Positions 27,420-42,550 are shown, numbered from the stretch's first letter. The stretch is DNA of 64,000 nt from Octopus vulgaris (GCA_951406725.2 OX597816.1:26164001-26228000); one strand, 5' to 3'. The notes: generated by a model from the sequence alone, not told the origin. Translations and numbers: made by a program.

Positions 27420-28207
27420 CATGTATATATGAATGTGTATATGTATAGGCATTTATATATATAAATATGTATAAATATATACATATATGTGTGTGTGTAT
27501 GTGTGTGTATATATATATATGTATCTATGTATGTATTTACGTATGCGGAGAGTTAGAGTGGGAGAGATTGATACATTTATACATACAAACGTAGATGGGT
27601 GCGAATATGTGAATGGATGGATGTGTTGATGTGTGCGTGCGGATGAGAGTATTTCCTCACATACTCCCTCTCACACACTTATACATTTCCCCCTCTCTCT
27701 CTCTTTCACTGTACAAGTTTCCAACTTTCTTCCTCTACCCTCTCCCCACAACACACTTCTCTCTCTCTCTCCTTCTATACATTTCTTATATGTAAACAAT
27801 GAATACACATAGTCACTACATTGTGACTCAGATCCTTCCATTTCATTTTATTTATATATTCTACATCTCTTCAAAATTCTATATATTTCTTATCTTATTT
27901 CATTTTTTTTTTATTATATTATTTCTTATTTCAAGTGCAGGCGTTATCAGGTTTTCAAGTGTAAAACCATGACGAAGAAATTAAGAGATAGGTTTCTCTT
28001 CATCAAGGTCTCCTTCCCTCATTTCCTCTTACTCGCTCTTCTCTACCACACACGCTCTCTCTCTCTCTCTCTCCTCTTTATTTCTCTCTATTTCTATCTC
28101 TCCCTGTTCCATATATGTTTATACATATGAATACACACATCTACACCCACACACACGAATATATATATATAAATACACAGGCATATATAAACAAAAACAT
28201 ACATATA

Positions 28208-28300
<93 letters not shown>

Positions 28301-28560
28301 ATTCGCTAGCCTCTGCACGCATTTTTTTCTCTCCTTCTTTCTGTGTTTCTTCTCTGTGTATCTTTCTGTTGAAGAGCATAGGCTCGAAACGTTAAAGACT
28401 TGTTTTATTTATATTTCCTGAGCGCCATACTAATACAATTGTTTGTTTGTATTCCACCTGCCTTCGTCTTTTGTTTATTTCCGTAAACCTGCCTTCGTCT
28501 TTTGTCTATTTTCATAAAGCTTCCCGTTATATATATATGTATATATATATACATACATAT

Positions 28561-28783
28561 ATATATTTAGTTTTTGGATTTGGTTTGCAAGAGTCAAGAT
28601 TATTGAAAAGGTTGCAAGACGCAACGAAAATTTTAGGAAAGTGTGTTACATTATAATGTAACACACTCACCGGTAAAATTTTCACTTATTTCATATTTTT
28701 ACTTTCCTAAAATTTTCGTTTCGTCTTGCAACCTTTTCAATAATCTTGACTCTTGCAAACATAATCCAAAAACTAAATATATA
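28561..28783. repeat. Fold-back element of the same family as 15347-15687
   Basis: Arms 28561-28642 and 28701-28783, plus inner hairpin GTGTGTTACATTATAATGTAACACAC. Confidence 0.9.
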
Positions 28784-28791
28784 CATACAAG

Positions 28792-28845
<54 letters not shown>

Positions 28846-28863
28846 CGTGTGTGTGTGTGTGTT

Positions 28864-28901
<38 letters not shown>

Positions 28902-29194
28902 GGCTTACGCACAACGCGTGTACACACACACTCATAAGTGTATGTATTTGTGTGTGCGTATATTATATGTGTATGTGTATGTCTTTCTTGCTGTCTGCTC
29001 CGCAGTCGCTTTGCTTGGCAGCATTTGGCATCGTTGTTGATGAAGATGCATCTTGATGATTAATACATTAATAGATATATCAACAAAATAGTTTAACAAA
29101 CAAAGAACAATTAAAACATGTGTTGCATATATAAATATATCTTAATTGAACAACTAAGTGATAAAAAAATACATTAAGAAATCTTCACTTACGC

Positions 29195-29700
29195 TTTTTG
29201 CTCCCTAAATTGTCGTTGACAATTTTTCTTCCTTGTTTTCGGATCTGGGTTGTGTTTCCTGCCTTTCTCCTTTAGATCTCTGTCTTTTCAGCTCTGCTTC
29301 AAAATCTTACCTCTGTGAGAAGGCTTCCCTCTACTCTGGTCATGCCCGTCACTAACGGGTTGAAATGTACGGCACTATTACCTCAATACTCAATGGAGCA
29401 CCCTCAGATTTACTTTGGTACACTTATTTCGAAACTCCTGTTTAGTATTATTACAAAATTAGTGCCCACTCAGAATATTCTGAAGCATCCATAACCACCA
29501 AAGCGTGGCGACGGGCCTGACCTTGACTTTTGTTCATTTTGAACTGCTACCGTTGCTCATGTGACTTTGCTTTGTTACTTGGTAAAAGAGTTGGTCCTAC
29601 GCAAACCCATTTTGCCTCTGAGGAAATACCCTACGTATTAGCTTGATCCCTATCCTTTAGTCTACCCAGAAATGGTCATTGAGGCATGGAAGACACACCA
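29195..29700 (-). pseudogene. Highly decayed RTE-clade LINE 3' fragment
   Basis: Frameshifted minus-strand peptides resemble RTE C-terminal motifs (CL..ILG..D; GxRSxGRP; D..W...FE...KR). Confidence 0.4.
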
Positions 29701-31156
29701 CAACAACTACTGGATCTTGTGATGAGTACATAATAATAACTTCAAATTTTGTCACAAGGCCGCAATTGGGGGGAAGGGGATTAATCGATTACGTCGACCC
29801 CAGTGATCACCCGTTACTTATTTTATCGGTTTCGAAAGGATGAAACTCAAATTCGACATTGGGAGAATCTGAACTCAGAACATGATATAATAGTTTTCTT
29901 AAAGAAATGCTATTTCCTGTATCGTAGCTAGACTGTATGCCACCAAAGGCAGCCCTTGAATTTGGCACCCCTGCCCCCTATGTAGATTTAACCAGTAGAC
30001 TGAAAAGCCGACCTCAAATAAAGCGCGGCCCTTCGATCGCCCCCCTCCACCATGTACGCAGCACACCATTTCGCGTAAATTTGTTACAGCCGTAGCACTG
30101 TTTGGTAATTCAGTCTTGCTACTAGAATTCATTTATTCCTTCCTTCCTCCAATTCCTATATTCAAAACAAAGGTCAGTCCAGTTCTAATGTAACCGAGTC
30201 TGTTATCGCATATTCGTGAAAGTTTCAGGACCTTCACTCTCTTCCAAAACAAACAATGGATTCTATGTTCTCGAGAGCAGCCCCGCCAATTGGTTTTAAG
30301 ACATTAAATGCTGTGCACAGTCGCACCAAAACACCCTGAACTTGTCAAAAACTGAAAGCCATTCTGTAAAAGTTTACCAAGTGTGTCGTTTACAGCTTCA
30401 TTAATATATCTCGACAATCATGGAGATTCATTCCAACAGATAAAATCACAGTTTCTTTTGCTAGTTTGCTGTTGACATTAATATTGCAAGCAGAATACCA
30501 GTCAATGGAATTTAGAATATAGACAGTTGAATGAGATGTAGGATAACATTTTTTTTTTTTTCTTTTTTTTTTTTTTTTAGAATAATACAACTTTAAGAGA
30601 AGGATTGCTGCAAGAACTTTGCGAATTATACATCAAAAGAGTTACCAAAAGTTTTTGGGTAATGCCAAGAGAACCTTTCAGAAATTTACATAAAATTTAC
30701 TTCCGCCCCTTTTGCCCTAAGATTATCTGAATCAGTGCATACAGAAGACCTCTTAAGACGTATTCCGTTAGTTTAATCAATTCCTTTAATTAAACTTACA
30801 GATTGATTAAACTACAAGCTTTTGAGTTTTTAAAGTTTATTCTTCTTCATAATGTATTTTCAGCTTCAAGTTGAATAACAGTTTGGCCTGTACTAATGTT
30901 TTTGATGCATCTCAAAATATGCAACTATTTTACATTAATTTGTATTACGTGTTAGTGTATTCCCATAAGAGCAAACAATGAGCAATGAATTCTGAAACCA
31001 TAGTTTTGTAGATAAGAGGACTTAAAGGAAAGGTAGATTGAATTATAATATAGCTGCAAATACAAGCATTTGAAATAGCATTTGGTTCATCAAGCCTCGA
31101 TGATCTGCTCTTAGTAATGTTCTGATGTAGTAACATTCAGATTTAGTTTAATACTT

Positions 31157-31228
31157 TTTTATGTGGGCTAGTGGTTAAGATTCCTGGCTTTCACCCAGGG
31201 GGCCCGGGTTCGATTCCCGGCATAGGAA
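31157..31228 (+). tRNA. tRNA-Glu(TTC), probably a pseudogene or variant
   Basis: 72-nt cloverleaf: anticodon arm CCTGG-CT-TTC-AC-CCAGG, T arm CCGGG-TTCGATT-CCCGG, acceptor TTTTATG/CATAGGA with two G-U pairs, weakened D stem, TTTT about 11 nt downstream. Confidence 0.85.
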
Positions 31229-31318
31229 CGGCGTTACTGTTTTAGAAAAATAAAAAGTACGGTTATGTTTCTGAAAAAGATCGTCGCTTTCCGTAAAAAT
31301 TTAAAAAAGAAAAAAATG

Positions 31319-31760
31319 GACGTAGGAGTGGGTGTGTGGTAAGTAGCTTGCTTACCAATCACATGGTTCCGAGTTCATTCCCATTGCTGGGCACCTTGGG
31401 CAAGTGTCTTCTACTATAGCCTCGGGCCGACCAAAGCATTGTGAGTAGATTCGGTAGCAGGGAACTGAAATAAGCCTATCGTTTATACGTATATGTATGT
31501 GTGTGTGTGTATGTGTGTATGTGTGTGTGTGTGTATGTATGTTTGTGTGTCTTTGTTTGTCCCTAACATTGCTTAACAACCGATGGTGGTGTGTTTACGT
31601 CCCCGTTACTTAGCAGTTCGGCAAAAGAGACCGATAAAATAAGTACTAGGCTTCCAAAGAATAAGTCCGGGATCGATTTGCTCGACTAAAGGCGATGCTC
31701 CAGCATGGCCGCAGTCAAATGACTCAAACTAGTAAAAGAGTAAAAAGAGAGAGTAAAGAG
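31319..31760 (+). mobile_element. SINE family A, full length
   Basis: Same head, core and tail. Confidence 0.9.
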
Positions 31761-32859
31761 TATACTACATGTATTTAGTTTATTGCGGTGCATTGAAAAA
31801 CCAAAGCTTAACTTTTGATACACACTCACTAAAGATATAAATATACGAAAATAGAAAAACAATAAATGTATGAGCTAAATATATAGAAATGTGCGAATAT
31901 GTATGTTGATAAAAGGAAAATGGCCTCGCATAGATATAATATTAAATACTTAACATTAACTAGATACGATCTTTCAGGCTAGACCAGTCTTACTCCACGG
32001 CAAATAGCTAGGTTACCTGGCTATTAAAGAACAAAAGGAGAGACGAATCAAATGAATGACACAACAATAGGATATTTATTTGTAGGACAACTTCTTCTAA
32101 ATGCTCACTTCATTACAAAAGACGCAAGGTTTCGATTGCTTGATAAATTGTTTTTGAAAGTCAAGGCCAAAACGTGATAAATGGGCACATACAATCTTAT
32201 TTTACTAATATATTTAAGAGACTATTTGATACTTAGTGGCAATCTGTCATTTGCGTATGACGCAGTATTACAGTAGACCCAGACACTAGATCAGCATTTT
32301 TTTTTTTTTATTCAAGTGGAAAAGAACTGCGCGTACATCAGGTTCACTCTCTTGTTCTCGCACAAATACGCTCAGTGACAGGATATGATTAAGGCATCTG
32401 AGTTTGTATGAGAATGCAGATGGCCAAGGTCATTAAAGGGATTTCCAGACTTTGCAGCACCAGCTTAAGTTGGTGCGTACTCAGATCATTAAATATCATA
32501 CCAGATTTCGCCGTCAATCATGGTCTCTAGAATGAGGCTAAGTTGCCACCTGCGCTACTTGCGTACATTGACCTGTTGCCGCCAAATTTGAGTCTGTGGA
32601 AATAAGGATTACTTATTTCCTCTATACTCATTTGAATGAAACGCGAACATACCACTAACCATACATATATATAACGTGAGTACAAATAATAATTCCAATT
32701 GAGGGAGTAGTGTAGGTAAAATTCAGGCTTCATATGTTTCCTAGCTATCAAATCCACTGATGTAATAATTACTCAACGATGGGTGCATATATAAATAGGG
32801 TTGTAACTGCGGCGAAAATCGTGGAGAAGCCACAAATACGGATGAATAACTCAATTTTA

Positions 32860-33075
32860 TACGAAGGGTTGCTGAAAAGTTTTTCGCTTTAAGGATGTCG
32901 CGAAAGGTCTAATTAGAGGCCCAACCTTCCGATTTCGTTTTACAGGGCTTAGAAAAAATACAGGACAGCTGATAAGAGTGTGAATCTGCGAGGGGAATAT
33001 GTTGAATAAAATCAAAATTAATATGTCTTCCTCTATTTTCTACTACCTAAAGCCAGGAACTTTTCAACATCCCCA
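32860..33075 (+). mobile_element. Mariner-derived MITE / deletion derivative
   Basis: TACGAAGGGTTGCTGAAAAGTT... and ...AACTTTTCAACATCCCC inverted termini; internal KSVNLRGEYVE* matches the mariner transposase C-terminus. Confidence 0.75.
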
Positions 33076-33202
33076 CTGATATACATACAGAGCGTAGGCT
33101 CGAAACGTAAAACACTTTTTCAATTCCTGAGCGTTATACTAATACATTTGTTTGTTTTCTACACCACCAGTCTTCGTCTTTTGTTTTTTTCATGAATTCT
33201 CC

Positions 33203-33242
<40 letters not shown>

Positions 33243-33675
33243 AATTGAGATAGGGGTTGTGAGTGCAACCCACCATGGGATAACAAATATCCAATATACT
33301 ACCAGTACAGCAATAGTGGGTTAATAAATTATGTGATTGGGTATTATCTGGTAGTTGATTATGATTAAGGTGTATTTCTCCATTTTCTTATTTTGTATTA
33401 TATATATATATATATATACATATACATACGTGTGTGTGTGTGTAGATAAAGATAGTTACGTCCAGTTCATAGGTTTAGCTAGAGTTTCGCTCCCATAAAG
33501 CGCTGAGCAATACATACGTCTTGTCAGATCCTAATCTAACGAGACGTATGTAAAGCCAAGCGGCCATAACTATCTTTATTTAAATATTTTACTGCTTCAT
33601 TACTTAGAGTGTGCTTTGTGCTTCTCTTTTAGATTTATGATTTACTGACGATACACACACACACCACACACACAC

Positions 33676-33720
<45 letters not shown>

Positions 33721-34424
33721 CAAACGAATATGCATAAGTACACACATACACACTCACACATATTTTCACTTTTCCTTCTTAGTTCTTATTTCAAACACAA
33801 ACACAAACATCGTATATATATATATATATATATATATATTCATATGCATAAATACACACACGCATTTCTACGTGTGTGTTTTTTATTGCATGGCTTGGGT
33901 CAGTGGCAATGACCTACGCAGTTATCCGTGACTAAAGTGATTGATATGCTTGATGTTCAACTTCAACATTTGTAAACTGAAGCCTGTAAGACAAACAGGG
34001 AGGTGGGGTGAGAAGTGAGATGGGAATTCCAGTGGGTTGAAGCTCGGGGGAGGAAGGATTGGGTAAGTGGTTTGTGCAAGGCATAAGGACGGTAGGGGGT
34101 TAAAACACAGTAAATGTAACAGGCGGATGAGCGACGGGTGTGTTGGATAGAGTTTCTTAGCTACTACCTAGCTACCCAGGTTGGGCCAGATATTCTGTTC
34201 GTCAAGAAGTAAACAAGAATCACGTGAACTATGCTATTTAGTGAAATCAAACCCTATTTCACAAAGATACGTGTATGTATGTGCGTGTATGTACTTGTAT
34301 GCGTGTATGTACGTGTGTGTACGTGTATCTGTGTGCGATTGTGCATATACATGCATATCTATATGTGCATAAATATGCATAAATATGTATACATCCATAT
34401 ATGTGTGCCTGCAAGTATACATAT

Positions 34425-34486
<62 letters not shown>

Positions 34487-34506
34487 ATACATATATATAT
34501 GGATAC

Positions 34507-34552
<46 letters not shown>

Positions 34553-34601
34553 CATATATATATACATATATATACAAATATACATATATATATATATATA
34601 A

Positions 34602-34697
<96 letters not shown>

Positions 34698-35216
34698 GTA
34701 TATAGATAACTATGTGTGTGTGTGTGTATATATAGATGTATATATAATATGAAAAGAAAGAGGGTTAAATTGAGAGAGGTTAGGAGAGAAAGGGGAGCCA
34801 GAAAGAGAGAGAAGGAAAGAGAGAGAGAGAGAGACATACACATATACAGACACAGAACGTAAGGCAGTGACATTAATTCGGCTAAGAGAGTCATTTAATT
34901 ACTGAGAGCTTTACAGGGTTTGAATATGTAATTATAGTAAGATTACGCGGTGTAATAAACAAAAGTATCGAGTCTTGTTCTATTAGTGAAAACAAAAAAA
35001 AAAAAAAAACAATACTTCACATATCAATCCAGCATTTAATCTCCTTCGATGGAAGCATTCCTCAAAACTCCTTTTGGGGGATATTGAGCAACGGTCTCGT
35101 CATATTCTCTTGCATGACGTCGACGAAGGAATCATGTTCCTTTCAACTGGAATTTGAATTCTAGAAATGTTCTGGGTCGTAATAACCTTCAAGTCGTGTC
35201 TCTTTCCACGCTAACC

Positions 35217-35362
35217 CAGGAGTGGCTGTGTGGTAAGTAGCTTGCTTACCAACCACATGGTTTCGAGTTCAGACCCACAGCGTGGCACCTTGGGCAAGTG
35301 TCTTCTATTATAGCCAAAGTCTTGTGAGTGGATTTGGTAGACGGAAACTGAAAGAAGCCTGT

Positions 35363-35448
<86 letters not shown>

Positions 35449-35680
35449 TGTATGTATGTATGAGTGTGTATATGTTTATGTGTCTGTGTTTGTTCCTCCA
35501 ACATCACTTGACAACCGATGCTGGTGTGTTTACGTCCCCGTAACTTAACGGTTCGGCAAAAAGAGATCGATAGAATAAGTAGTAGGCTTACAAAGAATAA
35601 GTCCTGGGGTGGATTTGCTCGACTAAAGACGGTGCTCCAGCATGGCCGCAGTCAAATGGCCGCAACAAGTAAAAGAGTAA
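35217..35680 (+). mobile_element. SINE family A, full length
   Basis: Same head, core and tail. Confidence 0.9.
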
Positions 35681-36407
35681 CCAGCACACACAAACACACA
35701 CACACACGTTCATATGATCGTAGCTTCATGCAGGATGAAGTCTTGTGTCTATGGTAACAAACTGCAAAGGAATCGACAGTGATTTCAACATGCAAGCAGT
35801 TTACTGTGCTCCACCATGGCCGCCAACAAAGGAGAAGCGCATTGGGAAACAAATAAGTCCGCACCTGGCAAACTGCACTTCGCATTAAGATATTTCTAGG
35901 AACTCGAGAAATCACTTAGTGTCACTCGCTGTGGCACGGGAACAATAAGCTCTTTCTACGCTGAAATCCTTATTTGTAATGAGGTGAACCGGGCCATTTT
36001 ATTGTTAAAGGTTTTGACTACAAATATAACGCGGTCACCAGACAGAAATTACTGACATTTTAACTTGATGCCAAATGATATGTTAACTAGTTCATGCAAG
36101 CTTAAAGGAAATCATAAATCGCTTTAATATCTTTTACTCCTGTCGATTCATGTTATGAGATCATGCTGCTTTAATGAAATTCCTTAGTAACTTTTTCATC
36201 CACTTTTATGGCCGTTGCCACAATTCATTACGTACTTCGGCAGGCACAAATTTCCTCGTTGTGGCTGATGTTCGCTATTCGAAGAAAGTCATTATTCGAT
36301 ATTTCACACATTGTATAATAGACATCTTGAGATCAACATAGCAACATACAGAGAAGTATTTCTGCATATTTCATATTTCTCAAGAGACCTAAATGTATCT
36401 GTGCTGC

Positions 36408-36472
<65 letters not shown>

Positions 36473-37036
36473 CGTATTTATATATAGATATCGAAATATA
36501 TATTATATTATATATGTATGTATGTATACATATATACATGCGTGTATATATATATATATACATACATACACGTATGCATATGTATTTGTATGCGCGTATA
36601 AAACACACACCCACATATAATATGCGTTTGCGTATATGCGTATGAAATATAACATAAAAATTCATATAAATACATACATTCACGCACATAAACGGATATG
36701 TGTGTGTGTGTTCATATATATATATATATATATATATATAGGGAGAGAAAGAGAGAAACAGACATATTGACAGACAGAGATAGAGAGAAGGAGAGAGCAT
36801 GTAAAGATAAAACTGCATATAATAAGGTTACGTAATAGATATATACAGTAAGTACTCAAGTTGACTGATCGCCTAAATTCTGGCTTAAACTGCGACAAAA
36901 AACAAAAAGCAGTGATGTTATAGATACCTAGCAATGAATGAATATCATTGATCAGGTACCGCAGAAAGTGAGAGCGGGAAAACAACTAGCATGGGTTTAG
37001 CATTCGTTTATTTAACTAGTATTGCTGCGTTGTTAC

Positions 37037-37088
37037 AATAAAGTTGTTAGAATAAAGTTGTTAGAATAAAGTTGTTAGAATAAAGTTG
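37037..37088 (+). repeat. 14-bp tandem repeat, about x4
   Basis: AATAAAGTTGTTAG repeated. Confidence 0.9.
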
Positions 37089-39019
37089 ACCTTAAGAAAT
37101 ATGGAAGCAATGAGGTGTGCTGCTTGTCCTTTACTGCTGCTTCAAGAATTCGATGTGCATATGATACATTTCTCTGCAAATGAACTTAAGCTATGCATAA
37201 CTTAGGGGGTCCTTTTCATCCTCAGAAGGAAGAAATGAGGGCAATCCTTTATAAAGGATTATAGTGGTAAAAGTTTTCGTCGAAGAGTGACTGAAGTAGA
37301 TAATTAGTGGAAGGCTAGTTTGAGGTATAAAGGACATTAGAAAGGGAAGCTAGGGTCATGAATGCATAAGCGTACCTAGACACTAAATCACATAGCATAT
37401 ATATTCGTGTGTGTGAGCCTGGGTGTGAAAGTGTGTGCGCGCATGTCAATGTAGAGTGGAGAAAGACAGTAAACAGTGAAAAACCGAAAGAGATTTATTT
37501 TAGATGAACACTGAGTGAATATGATGAATGCTAGAACGAAGAGTAAATATGAGACTTGTATGTTTTGAATAAATTCACGCCGGGGTTGCATTACTCCAGG
37601 TTAAGAATATTTGTTTTTTCTAAATTTTCTTTAGTTTAAATCGTGCAAATATAGAACAACAAGACGAGGACGATGTGTGCTGAAAAAGCCATTCTGTCTC
37701 TCGGGACTCGTAATATTTCATGGTATAAGCACTGCGTTTAAAAAGATTGCGTATTAGAAAGATATCTGTCAGGAAGGTGTCTATTAGAAAGTTGGCATTA
37801 AGCAGATACGCATTCAACGAGACGAAGGATGGAGGTCGTTTGGGAGCCTCTGACACCGAATATTTTAACTGCTTTAATTTCTATAAAACACTATCAGTGA
37901 GCATACGACACTTTACCAGATTGCGATTATCTGCCTATCAGACGATGAAACATGGATCTACGTCCATTTCCATTTCATCACATCACTATTGGAGAATAGA
38001 TTTGAGAACGGGAAGAGTGTAAAGCCGCCCGATCATTTTACATCCCATTTTTCTAATTCTACTATTCTCAGTTTTCATATAAAACCGGGTGCATCAAAGG
38101 TCTCTTTGATGATATTATTGAGGGATGTATGCCAAAGAAGCGACCAAAGCTAAGGCAACATGGCAACGAGTGGTGTTCAGAATCGCTTATTGTAGACTTG
38201 CAATCACATTTGTTTTTGGTAGATAACAATTCCAAGCATGAATGAGGTTTGTTTCTGAGTGTGCTTATCAGATCGTTAACGGTCAACCTCGAGGGTACAG
38301 GTTTCAGCCATGCGCCCCTATGGAGCAAGGAAGCAGAGCAGAAACATATCAGCTGATGCCAGTCTGAATGGTGACACGCTACTTCTGAACTGGTAGATAT
38401 TCCCTGTGATTAAAGTTGAGACATGTCCAGGCCACGTAGAGAGGGCGTTATGCCCTAATTGCGTAAAGTTTTGCGTTGATAAGAGTATGATAAAATGACA
38501 AATAATGTAGTCACGCTGGCCGTCTACATTTAAAGAGAGACTGAACAACGTTTGCCAGCAGTGTCGTCTCTTCCATTCCAATGTCATCAAACGGTGTTAT
38601 CTAACATCTCCGCACTACACTGGATAGAATATTCACGTTGTGTGAAACAAGACGTCTGGTTAAAACATGGAAAACCTTAGTGTCTTAATGTAAGAAAGTG
38701 GATGCGCGTCACTCTTGCTCAATTCGGCATGAGAATTTTGGACAGGTAGAACTTGGATCTGACAGTCGATCTGAAGTCAGGTGGGAAACCAATAACTGAG
38801 GGCATTTTTCTTTGGAGTGACGGGAGTTTTGATTCGCACTGTACTGGGTCGGAGTGTTGATCTGGCGTTCCTGGCGTCAGTACACACACTTCTGTTATAG
38901 TTGACAGCTCGGTGGTCGACAAAAAATGATTAATATAACATACTGCGGGTACACCTACAGCCTGCCTACAGCCAATTCTTTAAAATGTACTGCAATACTG
39001 TGATACTGCGAGGCTTTGT

Positions 39020-39275
39020 AGGTTGACGTCAAAACTAGGGGCGGAGAGAAGAAGGCCTGCAGTATATTCTCTCTTGGACGCCGACGGGGGATGTTATATC
39101 ATCGATGGCGAAGAGCATCCTAGGTGATCCGAAAGATAAGTATGTCATTTCTTCCCGCATTTCTCTCCCCGCCCCCGCGCCTCGTTTTCTCTCTTATTTT
39201 CTTTCCAATCCTTCTACCACTTCCGCCTTGAGCATGTGAACGATATCAACCACAACCACATACCACTTCCTGTCG
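39020..39275. promoter_or_regulatory. Candidate Pol II promoter (CRE, GC boxes, ETS sites)
   Basis: TGACGTCA at 39024-39031, GGGGCGGAG at 39038-39046, CCCCGCCCC near 39167, CACTTCCG near 39218 and CACTTCCT near 39264, in locally CpG-rich unique sequence. Confidence 0.4.
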
Positions 39276-39474
39276 TTCTCTGCTGTGTCCGATCTCTCAG
39301 CTAACAAGAAGTAAAAATTGTTTTTTGCTCAGAACTGAAAATTCGCAACGCCATACAAACTTAAGTAACTTGACAATTATACTGTGAAACACAAGTTTTT
39401 CTGGAGGAAGGAGACCGTCAGTCTGCCTGGAAACGGTTATCTTTCAACACACCCACAAACATAAACATATACAT

Positions 39475-39483
39475 TTGATTATG

Positions 39484-39515
<32 letters not shown>

Positions 39516-39825
39516 TGTATGTATGTATGTATGTATGTATGTATGTATGTATGTATGTATGTATGCATGTATGTATGTATGTATGTATGTATGTATGTAT
39601 GTATGTATGCATGTATGTATGTATGTATGTATGCATGCATGTATGTATGCATGCATGCATGTATGTATGTATGTATGTATGTATGTATGTATGTATGTAT
39701 GTATGTATGTATGTATGTATGTATGTATGTATGTATGTATGTATGTATGTATGTATGTATGTATGTATGTATGTATGTATGTATGTACGTATGTTAGTAT
39801 GTATGTATGTATATATGTACGTATA

Positions 39826-39900
<75 letters not shown>

Positions 39901-40801
39901 CATACATCATACATGAGTGCGTGTGTTTGGGTGTGTGTTTACACACATACATACGTATATAAATACATACATACATAAGTAGATTCAGGCAGTATTTTGG
40001 CAGTATTTTGAATGATGTATTCAACTACTACTACTACTATTACTACTACTACTACTACTACTACTACTACATACATATATACATACAAATATATATATCA
40101 TACATACCTACATGTGTGTGTGCGTGTGCATGTGCGTATGTGTTTGTGTGTGTGTATGTGAGTAAGTATGTATGTGAGTATGTATGTATGTATGTATGTA
40201 TGTATGTATGTATGTATGCGTGCGTGTGTGTATGTATGTATGTATGTATGTATGTATGTATGTATGCGTGCGTGCGTGTGTGTATGTATGTATGTATGTA
40301 TGTATGTATGTATGTATGTATGTATGTATGTGTGTGTGTGTGTGTATGTATCACAGAATTCATTTGTATTACTGCAGCACCGAAAGACCGAACGTGAAAC
40401 GAAGTGGTTTTCGAAACAAACATTGAAAAACCCAAATCCTTGCTAAATGGAATTTGCTGGATTCGTAACCATACCGGTTGAGATATTTTCTGTTCAAAAC
40501 TAGATTTTTTTAAAAATCCTATTTTCCCCTTAAAAGGAAAGACAAATGCGTGGAATCATTACAGCGTTACATCATTACTTCCAGAAAGAAAACAATTGCA
40601 AAGTTCCAGGTCTTCACAACTTCTAACTACATCAAGTCTGTTTATCTTAATATTTTACGTTTCCAAGAAGCTTATCGTATAGTAAACAATGCGTCCTTTG
40701 AAATGCATGTATGTATGTATGTATGTATGTATGTATGTATGTATGTATGTATGCATGTATGTATGTATGTATGTGTGTATGTATGAATGTATGTATGTAT
40801 G

Positions 40802-40832
<31 letters not shown>

Positions 40833-41310
40833 ATATGTATGTATGTATGTATGTATGTGTGTATGTATGTATGTATGTATGTATGTATGTATGTATGTAT
40901 GTATGTATGCATGCATGCATGTATGTATGTATGTATGTATGTATGTACGTACGTATGTATGTATGTATGTATGTATGTATGTATGCATGTATGTATGCAT
41001 GTATGTATGTATGTATGTATGTATATATGTATGTATGTATGTATATATGCATGTACTTATTGATATATATGTGAGAATATATATAAAAGAAAAGAATATA
41101 TATACATACACACACATTTATACATATGTAATATATACGTATCAATGTGTATGTGTGCATGCACAAATGTATATACAAGCACACACACACACACTCACAT
41201 ATATATATATACATATTTATATATATACATACATATGTATATACATATATGTAGATTATGATAGACAATATCACACGTATAACCGAAGTATACGTGTGCG
41301 TGTGAGTGTT

Positions 41311-41353
<43 letters not shown>

Positions 41354-41356
41354 AAC

Positions 41357-41393
<37 letters not shown>

Positions 41394-41718
41394 TGCATGT
41401 GTATATACATACAAGCAAAGAGAGAGAGAGAGAGAGAGGTAGACAACTAGACAGTCAAATTGATAGGTAGATACATACATACATACATAGATGTGTTTGT
41501 ATGTGTGTATACATACATGCAGACAAACAGACTGTCAGACACACAGACACACAGAAAGATAGACAGATAGACAAACAAACAGACAGTCAGATAGATAGAT
41601 AGATATATTGCTTTTCTTACATTTATTCATAGAACATATGTATCTCTTCATATTTTAATCTGTTTATACAGTGATAAATATATGCATGCCACTTGCGTAT
41701 ATATTTATACCTATATAT

Positions 41719-41775
<57 letters not shown>

Positions 41776-42550
41776 GGAACGTATAGATAATTACTCTTGG
41801 CTAAGAGTAATGATGTTTCTGTGGAAGGAATATGACAGTTTTGGCGTTACGTCGAACCCATGGTTGTCTGTTAACCGCAGAATATTAATTATCTTATCTG
41901 ACACTAGATCTGTTTAAAAGACTCACTCCCTTTTCCAATTTCTCAATTTCGTTTCGAAGCGAAGCAAGTTAAATGGAGTTCTTGTTGTGTTGTCTACGGT
42001 TTGTAATATTTGCGTCTCTCTCAAGATCTGAATGTGTCTGGCCTGTTGTTTGTATTTATGCACGTGCTCACGTACATGTATGTATGTATGTATGCATGTA
42101 TGTATGTATGTATGTATGTATGTATGTATGTATGTATGTATTTATGTATGTATGCTTGTGTGTTTGTGTGTATGTATGCATGTATGTATGTGTGTGTGCG
42201 TGTATGTATGCATGTATTTTTGTATCTATGTAATATATGTATGTGTGTATGCGTGCATGTCTGTATACATGTATGTATGTATGCATGTATGTATATATGT
42301 ATGTATGTGTGCGTATATGTGTATGTATGCATGTATGTGTTCGTATGTGTGTGTATGTATATATGCATGTATGTATGTGTGTATGTATGTGTGTACGTGT
42401 GTATATATGCATGCATATATGTATATATGTGTATATGCATGTATGCATATATGTATGTATGTATATATGTATGTATATATGTTTGTGTGTGTATGTGTGC
42501 ACGACTGTATGCAGGTAGACAGAGATGCATGTATGCGTGTATGTCGGTGA
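39475..42550. repeat. Large (TATG)n/(TA)n/(TAC)n/(GA)n microsatellite cluster
   Basis: Visible simple repeats; similar shorter (TA)n(TG)n tracts occur throughout the window. Confidence 0.97.

Noticed and set aside
32356-32414. About 60-nt hairpin as pre-miRNA or SECIS
   Set aside because: Bulged, no recognisable mature miRNA or complete SECIS core.
37037-37088. Tandem AATAAA as a polyadenylation cluster
   Set aside because: Explained by slippage of a 14-bp unit; no upstream gene identified.
37600-38900. Possible decayed retroelement peptides (RTGRV.KPPDHF; IIEG..KKRP)
   Set aside because: Only isolated short motifs; cannot be assigned without a search.
41816-41870. Very degenerate hammerhead-like string (CTGTGGA...GAACCCATGGTT); similar at 61997
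   Set aside because: Multiple core mismatches and no convincing stem I; not counted.
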